Assembly (NCBI GenBank): GCA_029953675.1 | Contig: JAMWBK010000002.1 | Coordinates: 2,480,001 to 2,544,000, forward strand | Source of the DNA: Rhodosorus marinus CCMP1338 | Taxonomy: Eukaryota > Plantae > Rhodophyta | Direction of reading: 5' to 3' | Length of the DNA: 64,000 bases | In this document: one piece after another, positions 23,307 through 39,406 of the stretch | Position numbering within the stretch: position 1 is the stretch's first letter | Layout of the letters: every line of letters starts with the position of its first letter | The notes under the pieces: generated by a model | Databases searched by the model: none | Seen by the model: only the letters and a program-made list of their open reading frames with translations | Told to the model about the DNA's origin: nothing | Made by a program: the position numbers and the translations under genes

Positions 23307-24352
23307 TCATTCCACGCAGCTGGAAGCCTTCTCGCGCTTCTCGATGAGGAACCTTTTTGACTGTATACATAGCCGAAAAGCTGTCCGGTTGATGAGGAGC
23401 CGGCCCCTTGGGCATGGAAGAAGCTCTGTGGAGCAGACTGTCGTGGCGTAGGTAGAGCCTCGAGAAGGAAGTAATGGACAGGCAATCTCTGAAGGAGTGA
23501 ATCTGTTGACTCTGCTGGTTCCGTGGCTCACTAGCGTTTTGACAGAGAGAACTTCTTTAAAAGCCAGCCTATGTACGCTCAAAAAGCTAATGCTCATACT
23601 TTTTTTTCTTGGGTGATCACGTTGTATAGCATTGAGTGTTGTAAGAGAGATCCTTCAGCGAGGGTGGCGTACTTTTGCACGCTTTTGGTTGGACTGGGCT
23701 GACATCGACCATCCTGTCCCGAAGCAAACGATCCATTCCACATTTCAGATAGCGCAAGCTCAGTTGAGTGGAACTGCTCTCATCGCCACAAAGCTTTGGG
23801 TGTTCACCAATTGAGACTCCCGGAGGGCTATGAAAAAGCACCCTAGAGGGCTATACCCACAATTGCGAGGCAAAGCTGCGCTCGTGAAACCCAGAAAACT
23901 GGCCATGTGGATGATCAAGAGGTTTCATTCTTACGAGGTTTCATTCTTACATTTACCGATGATGACGTTCAGTGATATTGAGAGACACAAGAGAGATACT
24001 TGAGCAATACAGCTAGCGCGCCTCATGCCTGCAAAGAGATTCTTGGGATTAGACTATTCCGACCTCAAACAGCCTCAAGCGAATGATGACCGGTGCTTGG
24101 TGCCAAGACGACGAATATGCTCCTACAGATGATGGAGCCTGAGGCGTCTTTGCGCTTGCAAAAATACATGCTTTCACCAAAAGAACAGGCAATCATCTTT
24201 GCGCTCCTCGGATCCGCAGCGAAGCGTCGAATAGTGACATCCGGAGCGAATTGAATTCCTCTTGCAATTATTTCACCCGCTTCAGGAAGCCGCTGTTCAA
24301 AAGCAAATTGTAGACAAGCTAGGAAGTTACTTAAATACTTAATTTTTTGCAC
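23307..24352 (-). CDS. Possible multi-exon hypothetical protein
   Basis: Several minus-strand open frames (24065-24352, 23617-23841, 23307-23597) are separated by plausible GT/AG sites. No homology recognised. Confidence 0.2.
23919..23950. repeat. Exact 16-bp tandem duplication (GAGGTTTCATTCTTAC x2)
   Basis: Directly visible; reads GTAAGAATGAAACCTC x2 on the minus strand. Confidence 0.9.
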
Positions 24353-24435
24353 TTAAGAATTTCGAGGGGTTGATAACGAGCTGACGCGCGTAACGTCTAA
24401 GCTTTGAGCCCGCTCTCCCCACCCCTCATTCCCAG

Positions 24436-25205
24436 TCAGAGAAGTCTCCCACCATCTTCGAGGTTGGCAATTCTTTGGGGCGGCTCGGTGAAATTTCATT
24501 CACTTCCGAATCCGACAAGAAAGGAAAATATCTGGAAATACGTAGTCAGCAGCCGGGTAGGCCAATTGATAAAGAAGAAAGGGAGTGTCTTACTGTTCAC
24601 TTGTGGCAGGGCTCCTCCTTGTTTGACGAGCCCGGTCCTCCCTGTCAGACCATCCCTTCTCCACCACTTCGCGAACATAATCGCCGAGTGTGGATTCCGA
24701 ATTCGAAACACGAATCGCTTTGTTGACGATGGGGAGCTTGCCAACGGACATACTTCGAGAAACCCAAAATGCTCCAAGACCACTAACAGAGCTGAGCGTG
24801 ACTGATGAGAACAGCAGCTGAAACCGAGTGGAACAGGGAGGGAAAAGTGAGCAAGAAAAGCCAGGAAAACAGATATTTGAATACATCAAGTCGTACCTTT
24901 TTGGCTATTGCCGGGCCCAAGCCAGCACATGTCACAGCAAACCCGGACGCGACAAGGATGAGAAAATTGAACATCCCAGCACCGTCCTGAATGCCGGCAA
25001 GTCCCGCATCGAATTGCTGATCCGGTTCCTTCCTCTCCAAATCGTTCACTTCATTCCTCACAGGCATACCTAGCTTCCAGTTCCTCGACTCCTCGCTCGA
25101 TCCATTCTGCTCCGCCTCCATCCACTTTCGTCGGTCAGAACATACCACAGCACGTCGAGCCCCTACTCGTCGCCGTACATGTACACTCGATACTAAAAAT
25201 GCCAT
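24436..25205 (-). CDS. Hypothetical protein with plastid-transit-like N-terminus
   Basis: ATG 25205 'MAFLVSSVHVRRRVGARRAVVCS'. Donors GTACGA and GTAAGA, with a CTGAC branch-like site before the acceptor. Exon phase uncertain. Confidence 0.4.
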
Positions 25206-26139
25206 AGTTTTATAATTCACATAGACAATAATAACCAAAACAAAAACAAAAAAAAGTCTTCCAAACCAGCAAACATTACTATCTCACGAAAACCCTGCAA
25301 ACTCTCAACAACATTATCACCCATTACATCTTTTCAACAGCCCGACGACTAGCAAATCATATAAATGTCATCCCAGCCACTTGCGTTTTAGGCCCTCAGC
25401 TCAGGAAAGGAGCGTTCTAATCGGATTTTCCGCTGTCATTTATAACGTGGGACAGGTGTCCTTTGCAAATTTTTTTCCATCTTTTTATAAATGTCATGTT
25501 TTTGAAGCGCAGATCATCGTTTTTTGGATGTTCAAGAGATATATGTCAGTTTTGGGATTGACATTTATTGGAAACGGTTTGGGCTTCTTTCGAAGCGTTT
25601 CTTCTTCACATTAGGAGTATGTGGTCACGTGCGTTTCTAGATCTGTTAGGCTGTGCTCATCTTGTGTGTCGTGACCCAACCTCATGATTCTATATATTTC
25701 GCTTTTCTGTGGGAATTGGGCTGGCCTGCTCTCCCGTTAATCGACTCCAAGCGCTTTCTGGTGGTCGAGCCCGTTGTCGTTCTAAAGTTCTCTGCTGAGT
25801 CCTCTTGTGAATTGACGCGACCTGTGCTCCAAAGCGTTGGTAATGTTCTGAATAAACCGCAAGAAAAGACAGGATGGGCTTGGTCAGTTACGTCCAGTCT
25901 CCGTAACGCAAGTGCTTTCTAACTCCATATATGAGTTATCTTCGCCATGGTCAGAATATAGAAATAATGCTTTGCGTTCCTCCACATATCGCTCAGGAAG
26001 CGGTTCCGGAGCAAGGATGACGTGTGCGAAAGTTTTCTTCATCCCAAAGTGGTGCCGGAGGTCACAGGACACAATCCGAGTTCGGTTGTTGTTTTTTCTC
26101 CTACCTGTGGTGTTACAAAGAAGGATACTTGGAGTACCA

Positions 26140-26677
26140 TCAATGGAACGCTGAGTAGAACAACGTCCACATTAGCACGAAGAGTCCAATAGAAGGAGCT
26201 AGCCCCTCGGATTGACCGCCGAAGTCCTCGATATCGATACCTAAGACACTCCGGAAATACCTGAGGGAAGACTGGGGTTAGCCAAATTCACGCTTTCTAG
26301 TTGCAACGTGCTCAAGGTCGCAACTTACATTAGCGAAAGGAGGAAATTAAGAGTAATGAAGGTTGTAATAACTGCGAAACCTGTGAACCCCGCCAAGCCA
26401 ACCCCTATGCCAGCAACTAGTGAGCAGCCTTGTCGCATCCAATAGAGGCCATCAAGAAACTCATCCTACGATTGTTAAGGATCGTGAAGGCCACAAGGGA
26501 AACCAGACCCCACGCTGAGTTAAAAATTATGCTCATGTATACATGAATCCCCACTCCTCGCTTATTGAGGACGCAGATCCTCACCTTTGACCACGTTTCA
26601 CCGGGTGAGAAGCACTTCCGGAAGAGCGGCTTGGTCTCGGTATTCTCAGCCGCCTTCACAGTAGTTTTCGAAGACAT
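26140..26677 (-). CDS. RAB5IF: RAB5-interacting factor / GEL complex subunit OPTI (EMC6-like family) (3 exons)
   Basis: Spliced protein 'TWSK/DEFLDGLYWMRQGCSLVAGIGVGLAGFTGF.../YFRSVLGIDIEDFGG..EGLAPSIGLFVLMWTLFYSAFH' matches human C20orf24 'DEFLDVIYWFRQ...IDEEEYGG...EGF....LF...W...Y'. Confidence 0.82.
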
Positions 26678-26795
26678 CGTCACTCGTAATCACCCTTAAC
26701 CCTCCGAGGCCGCTAACGCGCTTAATTGGATACTAAGACTCCACCCCCTGGTCATCCGTCGGCGTGGATTGTGGAAGAAGCACGAGTACTGCTTA

Positions 26796-27900
26796 CTACA
26801 CGGCATCAGCGGCATCAAGGCACCCGTCTTCAACCGGGTTGCACACTTGAAAATGGCATGGTCTTCGTGTCATCATTTGAAGGCAGCTTCTAATCGTGAA
26901 TGAACTGGAGCAGCTGTTGTCGAAAACGGAACTACGAACATCAAATCCGTACCTATTCTGTACGGCTACGCTTTTAAGCAGTCGATAATTGTATGCCAAG
27001 AATTCTGTAGGATCGTGATGGTTCCGTTCGTCCTGGAGGCTACTGGGAGGCTTCTACAACCCGCACGGATTTTAGAAGCCTCTGGTCTCATCGCCAGATT
27101 AAGTAGCCCGTTGTATTTGGACATCATATTGAACAATTTGAACTCTGCGTATATGTGACCTTCCGATGTTCTAAGGGTTCCATGGTGCGGAGTCTACTGC
27201 GTGACAGGTCCACGTCGGAATATCCATCGTGCGACAGGCCTGAGAGTTGTATTTGTATATCATATGAACTTGTTTAAACTTTTCGTAGGAGACCTTTGGA
27301 TGTGCTCGGTTTAGCCTAGCCCTCTCCCTCTCAGGGTTATTTGTCTCTGAATAAACGATGATGATGGGATGTACAAAAAAAGGTTCCAATGGTGCGTGTA
27401 CACTCTGGAGTGACATGTCCGAGTCGGAATATCCATCGTAAGACAGCGGCTAAGAGTCGAAGCGCCAGCGGGATATTGATGGAGATTAAGGACTCCTCCG
27501 TGGAGGGGAAGACAGACGATTTCGAGACCGACCAGTCAGAAGGATATGCCTTCTTCATAATTTTCTTCGGATCTGGGATGGCGTGGAGCCTACTGATCTG
27601 TGGCTTTCCAATAGGTATCTCGGGCTTCTTCTGATCGTTGTTCAATTTGGCTTCGACTACACGAACTAGCTACATTCATAAACGTTCAGTAGGAGCAAAG
27701 TAGACACGCAAAACGTTCTCTCGAAGCGACCTGCTAGGGGTTCCAATCGCTTGCTGCTGATTCACTGAACAGATCAAATCGGGTCTTATCGTCTCCTGCA
27801 CAGGCTGCATTGCTCTGCACCAGCCACCCACATTTTACTGCCTCAGCCTCTAGTCCGTTACCGTTCCAGTACATTTCCACTTCGATCTGCCAATATTGGT
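26796..27900 (-). CDS. Possible multi-exon hypothetical protein
   Basis: Successive minus-strand open frames (27337-27645, 27171-27416, 26796-26999) with splice-like signals; no recognisable family. Confidence 0.25.
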
Positions 27901-27956
27901 TACCCTCCAGATACACGAACTAGCTACATTCATAAACGTTCAGTACGAGCAAAGTA
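27658..27956. repeat. 45-bp direct repeat, two copies (27658-27702, 27912-27956), 1 mismatch
   Basis: TACACGAACTAGCTACATTCATAAACGTTCAGTA(G/C)GAGCAAAGTA occurs twice, 209 bp apart. Confidence 0.92.
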
Positions 27957-28146
27957 AGTATCAAATTTCCAACAAATATTCAGGTGGCCTATTTTCTATA
28001 TGATTTCTCGAGTCCAACCTGGACTTAAATATTATAATAATTTCGCCAGTGCGAGGAACTTGAACAGTATTTTCTTCCAAAACTCCTTGCGAATAGATGA
28101 AAATATTTTAATATTTTCAATATCATGCCGATAAATGATTGGTTTA

Positions 28147-28223
28147 TTTTCGCGGGAAACTTTGTAGAATTAAAATTTCCCAAAAAAGGTTTTTTGGTCT
28201 ATTCTTTCATTTTCCTTCCCGCC
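28147..28223. promoter_or_regulatory. Candidate E2F sites upstream of SMC3
   Basis: TTTTCGCGGGAAA (28147-28159; TTTCCCGC on the minus strand) and TTCCCGCC (28216-28223) match the E2F consensus. They lie in an AT-rich promoter region about 750 bp before the SMC3 ATG. Confidence 0.45.
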
Positions 28224-28800
28224 AGAAATATTTTAATTGTGCAAATAAAAATCTGGATTCTAAGCACATGCTGAACGATGCCGATAGGCATCTGGAATAA
28301 CTTTTTGAAATACGAGAAAATGGAATATCCACCGTGGGGTGTTATGCGTCGGGATTGGGAACTCCAATTGAGGGATTTGGGGGGGGCGGGTGTCCACGGG
28401 GGATGGGACTCCAATTTAGTGTGGTGCCCTCTTGAGGATGTTACAATTTTAATCACTGCATCTAAGGTCGACTGACCCCACAATCATCCATTTATGTATA
28501 GACGTTGTCCAAAAACACTCCAAAAGCCTTTTCAGAATAGGTAAGACATATCACATCCGGGACTGATGGTGAACGTGATGGAAAGGATTCTCTTTCTTGT
28601 TTTGTTGTAATAATTCGGACTGGTGAAGCGTGTTCCCCTGTCTGACGTTTGACGGATGTGTTGTTGGCTCATATGATCGGGCGTCTTGGAAGGGAACGTT
28701 TGAGGAGAGAGGTGGGGGACGTTGGGAATGGCCGTGAAGAAGCCCTCTTTTTCTTTGCTTGTTGATAACTAGGACTTCCTCCCGAACTGAAACGTTATGA

Positions 28801-32802
<4,002 letters not shown>

Positions 32803-32954
32803 ACTGTGCTTTCAAGCTGAGCCGATCGTCAGCATTTCGGCAAAAGAGGCAGACAAGGGTATCTGTGTTTGTACAGTGATTAGCGGGGCAGATTCGTTTC
32901 TGCCTTTGGGGACGTTTTTTAACAAAGATTATATTTACATCAAGACGCAAACAG

Positions 32955-34228
32955 TTACGATTGGGCCTGCTGAGCTGCAAGGGGAGGATTCAAAGTTTCG
33001 ATGTCGATCCCTTCAAAGTACTGATGCTGTAGCGCGGCGTGGGCGGTGATTCTTTGATCCGGATTATAGGTCAGCATTTGGGAGAGGAGATCAAGACCCA
33101 CATCGTCCAAGTTCGCAACCACCTCACCAATATGTCTTCGAGGCCTGTGATGCATGGAAGTGCAAGCTCAGCAATCTTAGCCCCTGGGCAATAGAGGTAC
33201 ATGCGGTAGATGAGCTGAAAAACATTACCAGTTGGGGAAGGAGCTCTTGTAATCGGGTAATTCGCTGACTCCAGGCCAGGTCTCCTCAGTTGGCGTTCCA
33301 AGCGTTCTGAAAATCTTGTAGAGTTCATCAATTTCCGAATCACCAGGGAAAAGAGGCTGTCTTGTCACCATTTCAGCGAAAATACAGCCAATTGACCAAA
33401 TATCCACAGCCTTGCCGTATCTCTTTGCCCCAAGAAGAATTTCCGGTGCGCGATACCTACGCCCATTGAGTAGTGAGTTAGCCCCTACTGAAGACGGACG
33501 ATTCCCAAAAGTTCGCATCCGGTGCTCACCAGAGTGTGACTACTTCGTGAGTATAGTGCCGAACGGGGATTCCGAACGCCCTAGCGAGACCAAAGTCTGC
33601 TAGTTTCAGTCCCCCCTTACGATCGATGAGCAAATTCTGAGGCTTTAGATCTCTATGTAGAACCCTCCTCTCATGACAGTAGTATATCCCGCTGATAAGT
33701 TGGTACAGATAGGATTTGATCTTCGGCGTTTCAATCGCCTGTGACGACGGGATGGAGTCCATAAAGCGCTTCAAATCCTCGTCCAAGAACTCAAAGACGA
33801 GGTACAGCTTCTTGTCACCATAGACCACTTCGTTGAACCTGAAGCAGAGCGTTGTAACTAGTGAGGTTTACGAACATGGATCCGAAGTAGGCCGGGTAGA
33901 TCTTGCTCACTGGACGATGTTTGCGTGCTGTAGTTCTCGCAGAATCGATATTTCCCGAATCGCAGTTGACGGAACGCCTGCAACAAAAACAAAACCACCA
34001 AACTGAACAACAAACTCAACAAAAAAAAGAAAATTCCCAGATTCTTCCAACACGAAAACAAATCTCTCAGAGATGAGAAAACTCTCGAGTAATTCGCATA
34101 CCCTCATCCTCCTGCTCGAGCCGAATCTTCTTCAGGGCAATGGTCTGGCTCGTCTGCTTATCACGCGCCTTGTACACTACCCCATATGTTCCCTCGCCTA
34201 TCTTTTGCAGCTTCTCATACCTGTCCAT
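32955..34228 (-). CDS. CDK1: Cyclin-dependent kinase CDK1/CDKA (PSTAIRE) (5 exons)
   Basis: '[21 protein letters not shown]', '[11 protein letters not shown]', '[10 protein letters not shown]', '[28 protein letters not shown]', 'GDSEIDEL'. Confidence 0.98.
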
Positions 34229-35982
34229 CTCGACTTTCCTATTGAAAACCAAAAACCCGAATAGAACGAAAGCGAAAACAACAAGGCCCCACTCGCTATT
34301 CTCCAACCAGCCCAATCGAAAAACAAAATTTCCTTTCTTTCAGCAACTCCGGCATGAAAAACAAAAAACGAGAGACATATAAAACACAAACAGAGAACTA
34401 CTGCAAAGTAAAAAGATTATGTTCTCGCAAAAGCACTAAAGAGTCTACTTCTGTCCAGCCCCAACTCTTTCAATCTGAAACACCCCGCAACGACCCCGAC
34501 TACTAGCTCCTCATAACCCAATCTGTCCACATCAAGACAACTGACAAAAGCTGCCCCACGGGGTTGGAAAATCGGGCTGCTGGAAGAGATGGGCTTTTTC
34601 ACGAAGCCTTTCACAGAGATGGCTTTTTTGAGATTCTTGTGATGATGTTTAAGAGCTTCACCCAACTATTTCCGCACTTGACATAGCTGAACTAGCTCTC
34701 AGCTGTCAGTGAATGTGAAAGACAAGTGTATTGAACGTATCCGAAAGCGAACTGGGATCTGCTGGGTCCGCTTGGGTCCTCGCCCAACGATTCCAGCATG
34801 GTCACGGAGAAGATACGTTTATGGGTTTGATTTAGGACTGGGCCTTTGGGATCTTTCCAGCTTGCGCTTGTGGGCTTTTGGTGGTTGCGTGATTGAAGCG
34901 GTAAGGCTTTCTAGGTGTTATGTTTATGGTCAAAGTTCAAGTTTCGTCGCACCTCGTGGGGCAAGGCCGATCAAGGTCTTGACTTCAGCCGCTCCCGGGA
35001 ATGCCGTGGTGACCCCTCGTTTCGATCAGACTTCTCCGGACGCTCGGCTGTTTTCAACCTGTGCATTATGTTTGGTGAGCTCGCCCGCCTACGTACGAAC
35101 AGCAAGGTTCCAATTTCACACGGGATGGAAATTTTTCTTGGGGACAAACGTGGTGGGACACAAAATTGCGCCGACATCTCTGTTCCGCCGAGAATCAACG
35201 GATACTGCTGTTCTCAGGTTGACTTGCGCTGACCCCTGTGATCTAGCAAGCACATTGTGCGGGCTCTCTACTCTCTTTGGTACGATTTGTTCCTCCCGTG
35301 GATCCGTGAGTGGGTGCTCTGCTGGTAGCTCACCTTCATAATTTAGAAATATCTTCCTACAAATACGCGATCAGCCTAGAAACTCCTCAAACGAACTTCT
35401 TGATTAAGCAACTATTCACCCAACACAATGTATGTTTTTAGAATAGATAATTCCGGTTCGAAATATTCTCACATATTAATTGGTTAAGAAGGATTCCACG
35501 AAGGATATAATTGGACTAAAACAATCGAGCTAAACATTATTCGTCTAAATATTCAAAACGATGGAAAAAGTTCACTATCAGTTAGGACAGGCTGGCCGCG
35601 GGGTCCGAAGTGTACAGTAGATGTCCAGGTTAGGCTCTTGACGCTGATCAAGTCAGCAATGAGGCGTTGGCCCTTACCCACGGACTTCAAAGATATTTTC
35701 GTTTCCGTTACTTCAAGATGTGTTCCGTATTTTCTTGACGGACCCTGCTGGCTAGTCCCCAGATATCCAGGATCCACACCATGATTTTGACAGCGCGATG
35801 CGATGGACGTGTAGCAAAACGATGAGGATGTCTCTTTCACCCCAGGGCAGATCCTGCGCTGCTTCCGTTTAGTTTTCTAGACCGCTGCTGGAACGAGGCA
35901 CTGCTCTTCAGCCCACGGGAGCCAGTCAACTTTTGATTGTCTCAGACAACCTCAGGCCCCCCCGCCCGAAAAACAAGCCTCA

Positions 35983-36060
35983 GAAAATTTCCGGGAAGTT
36001 CTTCCGCACGAGGCTCACAGCGGAAATTTCAGGGAAGCTCTTCTGCACGAGGCTCACGGC
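35983..36060. repeat. 39-bp tandem repeat, two imperfect copies
   Basis: GAAAATTTCCGGGAAGTTCTTCCGCACGAGGCTCACAGC (35983-36021) followed by GGAAATTTCAGGGAAGCTCTTCTGCACGAGGCTCACGGC (36022-36060). Confidence 0.88.
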
Positions 36061-36627
36061 GGAAAGTCAGATGATACCTCCCTAACCCTGTCCAACCTGT
36101 GTGTTTCATCAACAACAAGAGCTTGCACCTTCAAACTCCTTTTTACCCCCCACACCGCAACGAGACTTGGCTTCCACTGCAAAAAAAAGGACTGCTCCTA
36201 CCGAGATTGGGGTTGTATTAGTCCATTTTTCCAATTTTCAAATATTTTGCTTTAATTATTGATTGCTCACGTCCCTAATCAAGCTCCTGCTCTATTCCCA
36301 GATTTTCGACTGATCCTTTTATTGGACTCCACATTTAAATGTATTTTGGTAATTTCTTAATGGATGACATATGTCCATGCTTCGATTGCTTTTGGAGATT
36401 TTCTTCTACCACTGACTCTCCGAAGAGATGCTTTAGGGGACAGGTTTTAGGGTGGATGGAGCTTTCGGGAGGGGAAGTGTATAGGAGCGTAGATTGGGGT
36501 TGGGAGAAGGACGACAGGGTGGAAGAGCTTGGTTTTCTTATTGATTACTAGAACGTCCCTCTTCTTTTGCTCTTATTCTTCTGTTAATTTGTCCTTGTTT
36601 TGATTTTGGTCCTACTACGTTTTCACG

Positions 36628-37838
36628 ATGTCTGCGTTTGTGAATTCGACGAGTTTTTTTGGTCGCAGGGCTTGCACTTCTCGGCGAGCGACGAGATCTC
36701 AGCGTCGTCCGGGAGGCTCTGTGGTTTGCTCTGTAGAGTGGGCTGGGAAGAATCGTACAATAGAAATTGATGGCATACCACTGAGTTTTGACTACGTACC
36801 TGGACAGTATCCCGTGGTTATGTACTTGCCACCGTTCTTCTATGCAAAGGATCCGCTGGCAAAGGCCAACTCTTTGAAGGCATTCTGCGAGCGTCGAGGG
36901 CAAGGTTTTATCTCCCAGGACTACTACGGAACTGGGAGATCTGGTGGCGATTTTGAGGATGGGTGAGATATCCGAAACGGCCTCTTTGTGAGTTTCGCTT
37001 CGGTGATCAGTCCTGTCTTAACCCGTTTGTCTCTTGCACTACAAATCCAGCACGATATCGTTGTGGACGGATCACGCCATCGAAATCCTGGAACGAGTAT
37101 TGAGGAACCAAAAGGTCGTCCTGGTAACTTCAGGTGTAGGGCTATGGATTGGTGTCCAAGTCGCTCTTCGAAGGAAGACGCAGGTACTACATTTTCATGC
37201 ACTTCTACGCAATCATCATGGTAGCGAATTATCAAAGATCGCTCATGTAAGAGTGACTTGTCTCGTCTCGTCGCTATCTTGAAAAAGGTCGTGGGAATAG
37301 TTGGCATGTCCGTCGATCCGGACTTCACAGAAGAGCTCATTGTGCCAAGTTTTTCAGATGAACAGAAATCGGCTCTAGAGAAGGATGGAGTGGTGGAAAT
37401 AGTGTGGGGATACAAGTGCGTCTTTTGTGCATCAGTGGTGTTGGAACAAAACCTTGCCTCGTGGTCTTCTAATATTCGCTGTTCTTTTTTGTGCAGGACG
37501 TATCCTATTTCAAAGAAATTCATCGAGAATGCTAAAACCCAGCTGATATTGCAAGGTGGCCCAGACAGCATAGGGGTTGAATGCCCTGTTCGCCTTCTCC
37601 AAGGAATGGCGGTAAGAAAGAATCCAAGGCTTTGTCAGAGCTAGCATGTGACTAAGCAAATGCAAAACAAACGTTTTAGGATGAGGAAATTCCTGACGAG
37701 CTGGCCCTCAGACTCGCATCATCTCTCCAGAGCAAGGATGTTCGACTAACCTATATAAAGGGCAGCAACCACAACATGGAGACTGAGTCCGACTTCAAAC
37801 TTATGTGTGACAACACAGAGCAAATTCTTGATCAGTAA
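36628..37838 (+). CDS. ABHD10-like alpha/beta-hydrolase fold protein with plastid-transit-like N-terminus (5 exons)
   Basis: 'KANSLKAFCERRGQGFISQDYYGTGRSGGDFEDG/TISLW', 'VGIVG...DPDFTEEL', 'CPVRLLQGMA/DEEIP' and 'IKGSNH'. The nucleophile elbow reads LVTSGVGLW. Confidence 0.85.
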
Positions 37839-39406
37839 GTGCCAGCGTTTCATAGCAATGTTGCACAACCTTGGAACTCATGAGCGGCCCCTTTGATGTT
37901 TTTCGTTGGATGGAAAACAACAGATTCTTTGAGTTCGATCTTCGAACGCCTGGAAGCGGATAAAGTGTTTTTGTTTTCAAACAGGATCGAATTAGAAGAA
38001 TAAAAACCCAACAGTTGCATATGAGGGTACAGCTCCATCCTGGCAAAACACCAAATCATTTCCCTCTCTCAGCTGATCGAGAACGGTCATATCCAATAAG
38101 ACAGATTTAAAAAACAAGGGTATACTAATAAGAACAACAACATGAGCTATGCCAATCCCATTGCTTCCGCAGTAGGCCATCCCTTCGGATCACTCTTCAC
38201 GCTCATCTTCCCCCCATTCTCCCTCGTTGCTGTCATCAAACCCTCCCCGCCAACCCCTAAAACCTATATCAGAGATGTACTACCGCCATAATCAAATACG
38301 GCGAGCCAAAAAGAAAACTTTTTCAGAAATATTTCAACTATATACCCCAGATTAAGATACTTGTGTGTTTTTGATTTAGAGGATTTGACCGATACCGGAG
38401 CTTAGAGATTGAAAGATTTAGAAGCATGTAGAAATTTCGAAATAAAACAAGCATGGCTTTTCTGAACCCCCCGTTGAACTTACCCTTCTCGGTCGCTGAT
38501 GTCGCCAAAAACGGACAATTTCTGTTTAAAAATTGTATCTCAAGCATATGCTGGATTCACTTTACCTCCTGGTAAACTATGGGACGACTTTAGAGTGCTT
38601 GGCTAGCGGTGTCAACTGTCAAGGCTTGAAAAGTGATATGACAGAGAACTCGTTTAGAGTTAGTATATCAACAGCGGCATTGGAAAGCTTCATGGGGAGG
38701 GGGGCTGGGGAAGATGTTAGGGAACGCCTTGAGAGTCCTTGGAGGATCTGGAGAGGGTTGATTGGGCGGGGGAGGAAGCTGTAGTTTTTCGTGTTTTGTG
38801 GGTTGTAGAGGGTTGGAGTTGCACTTTGGGGTGTGCGGTTGTTTTTTTTTGTCGCGGGAGACCCGCAGAGGAGGGAGCGTGCGTTTTATTTTGGGGACTG
38901 GGTATGTGAAAACTTTTTTTTGTGATCTTCAGTTTATGTTTGTTCTCCTTCTTTAGTTTTGCTTTGGATAGTAGGCTTGCTTGGCCCGTGAGATCGATTA
39001 TTGGCTTTCTACTCACCCTTATTCGTTGTGGCGATGGGTGCACAAACCGTTTTTTCGAGGCGCTTCCGGGGCAAAATGCTCTATCCGCGTTGCACGGGAT
39101 ATTGGCTTTTGTATCCCAATATGCTCAACAAATGATGGTGAAGCGAAACGACAATTAGGACATCCTCAGAGCCCGCTGAGCCTCGTTTGATTTTTTTTTT
39201 CTTCTGCCAAGATGGAGCTTTCTGTCATCTCAAGTTTGCTTTATGTCATTCGTTTCGTTGTTTAATAGTTCTTGCCTTTAGGAAACTTAGGAAGCGCCGA
39301 AAAAGAACCTGTAAACCTCAACGTACAGTTGAGCTGCTAAATCAAGGGAGAAGGCCTAAGAGGTCTTGTATTTATTAGTACATAGTTTAGAATTTCGGCA
39401 CTAGCC

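Noticed and set aside
26105-26128. GTATCCTT (U12-type donor) on the minus strand
   Set aside because: It lies downstream of the RAB5IF stop with no U12 branch sequence (TCCTTAAC) and only 24 nt to the next AG. All resolved introns are U2-type GT-AG.
27658-27956. Direct repeats as a CRISPR array or LTR pair
   Set aside because: Only two copies with a 209-bp spacer, no cas or pol genes, no TG...CA ends, and a eukaryotic context. The 124-bp and 39-bp repeats fail for the same reasons.
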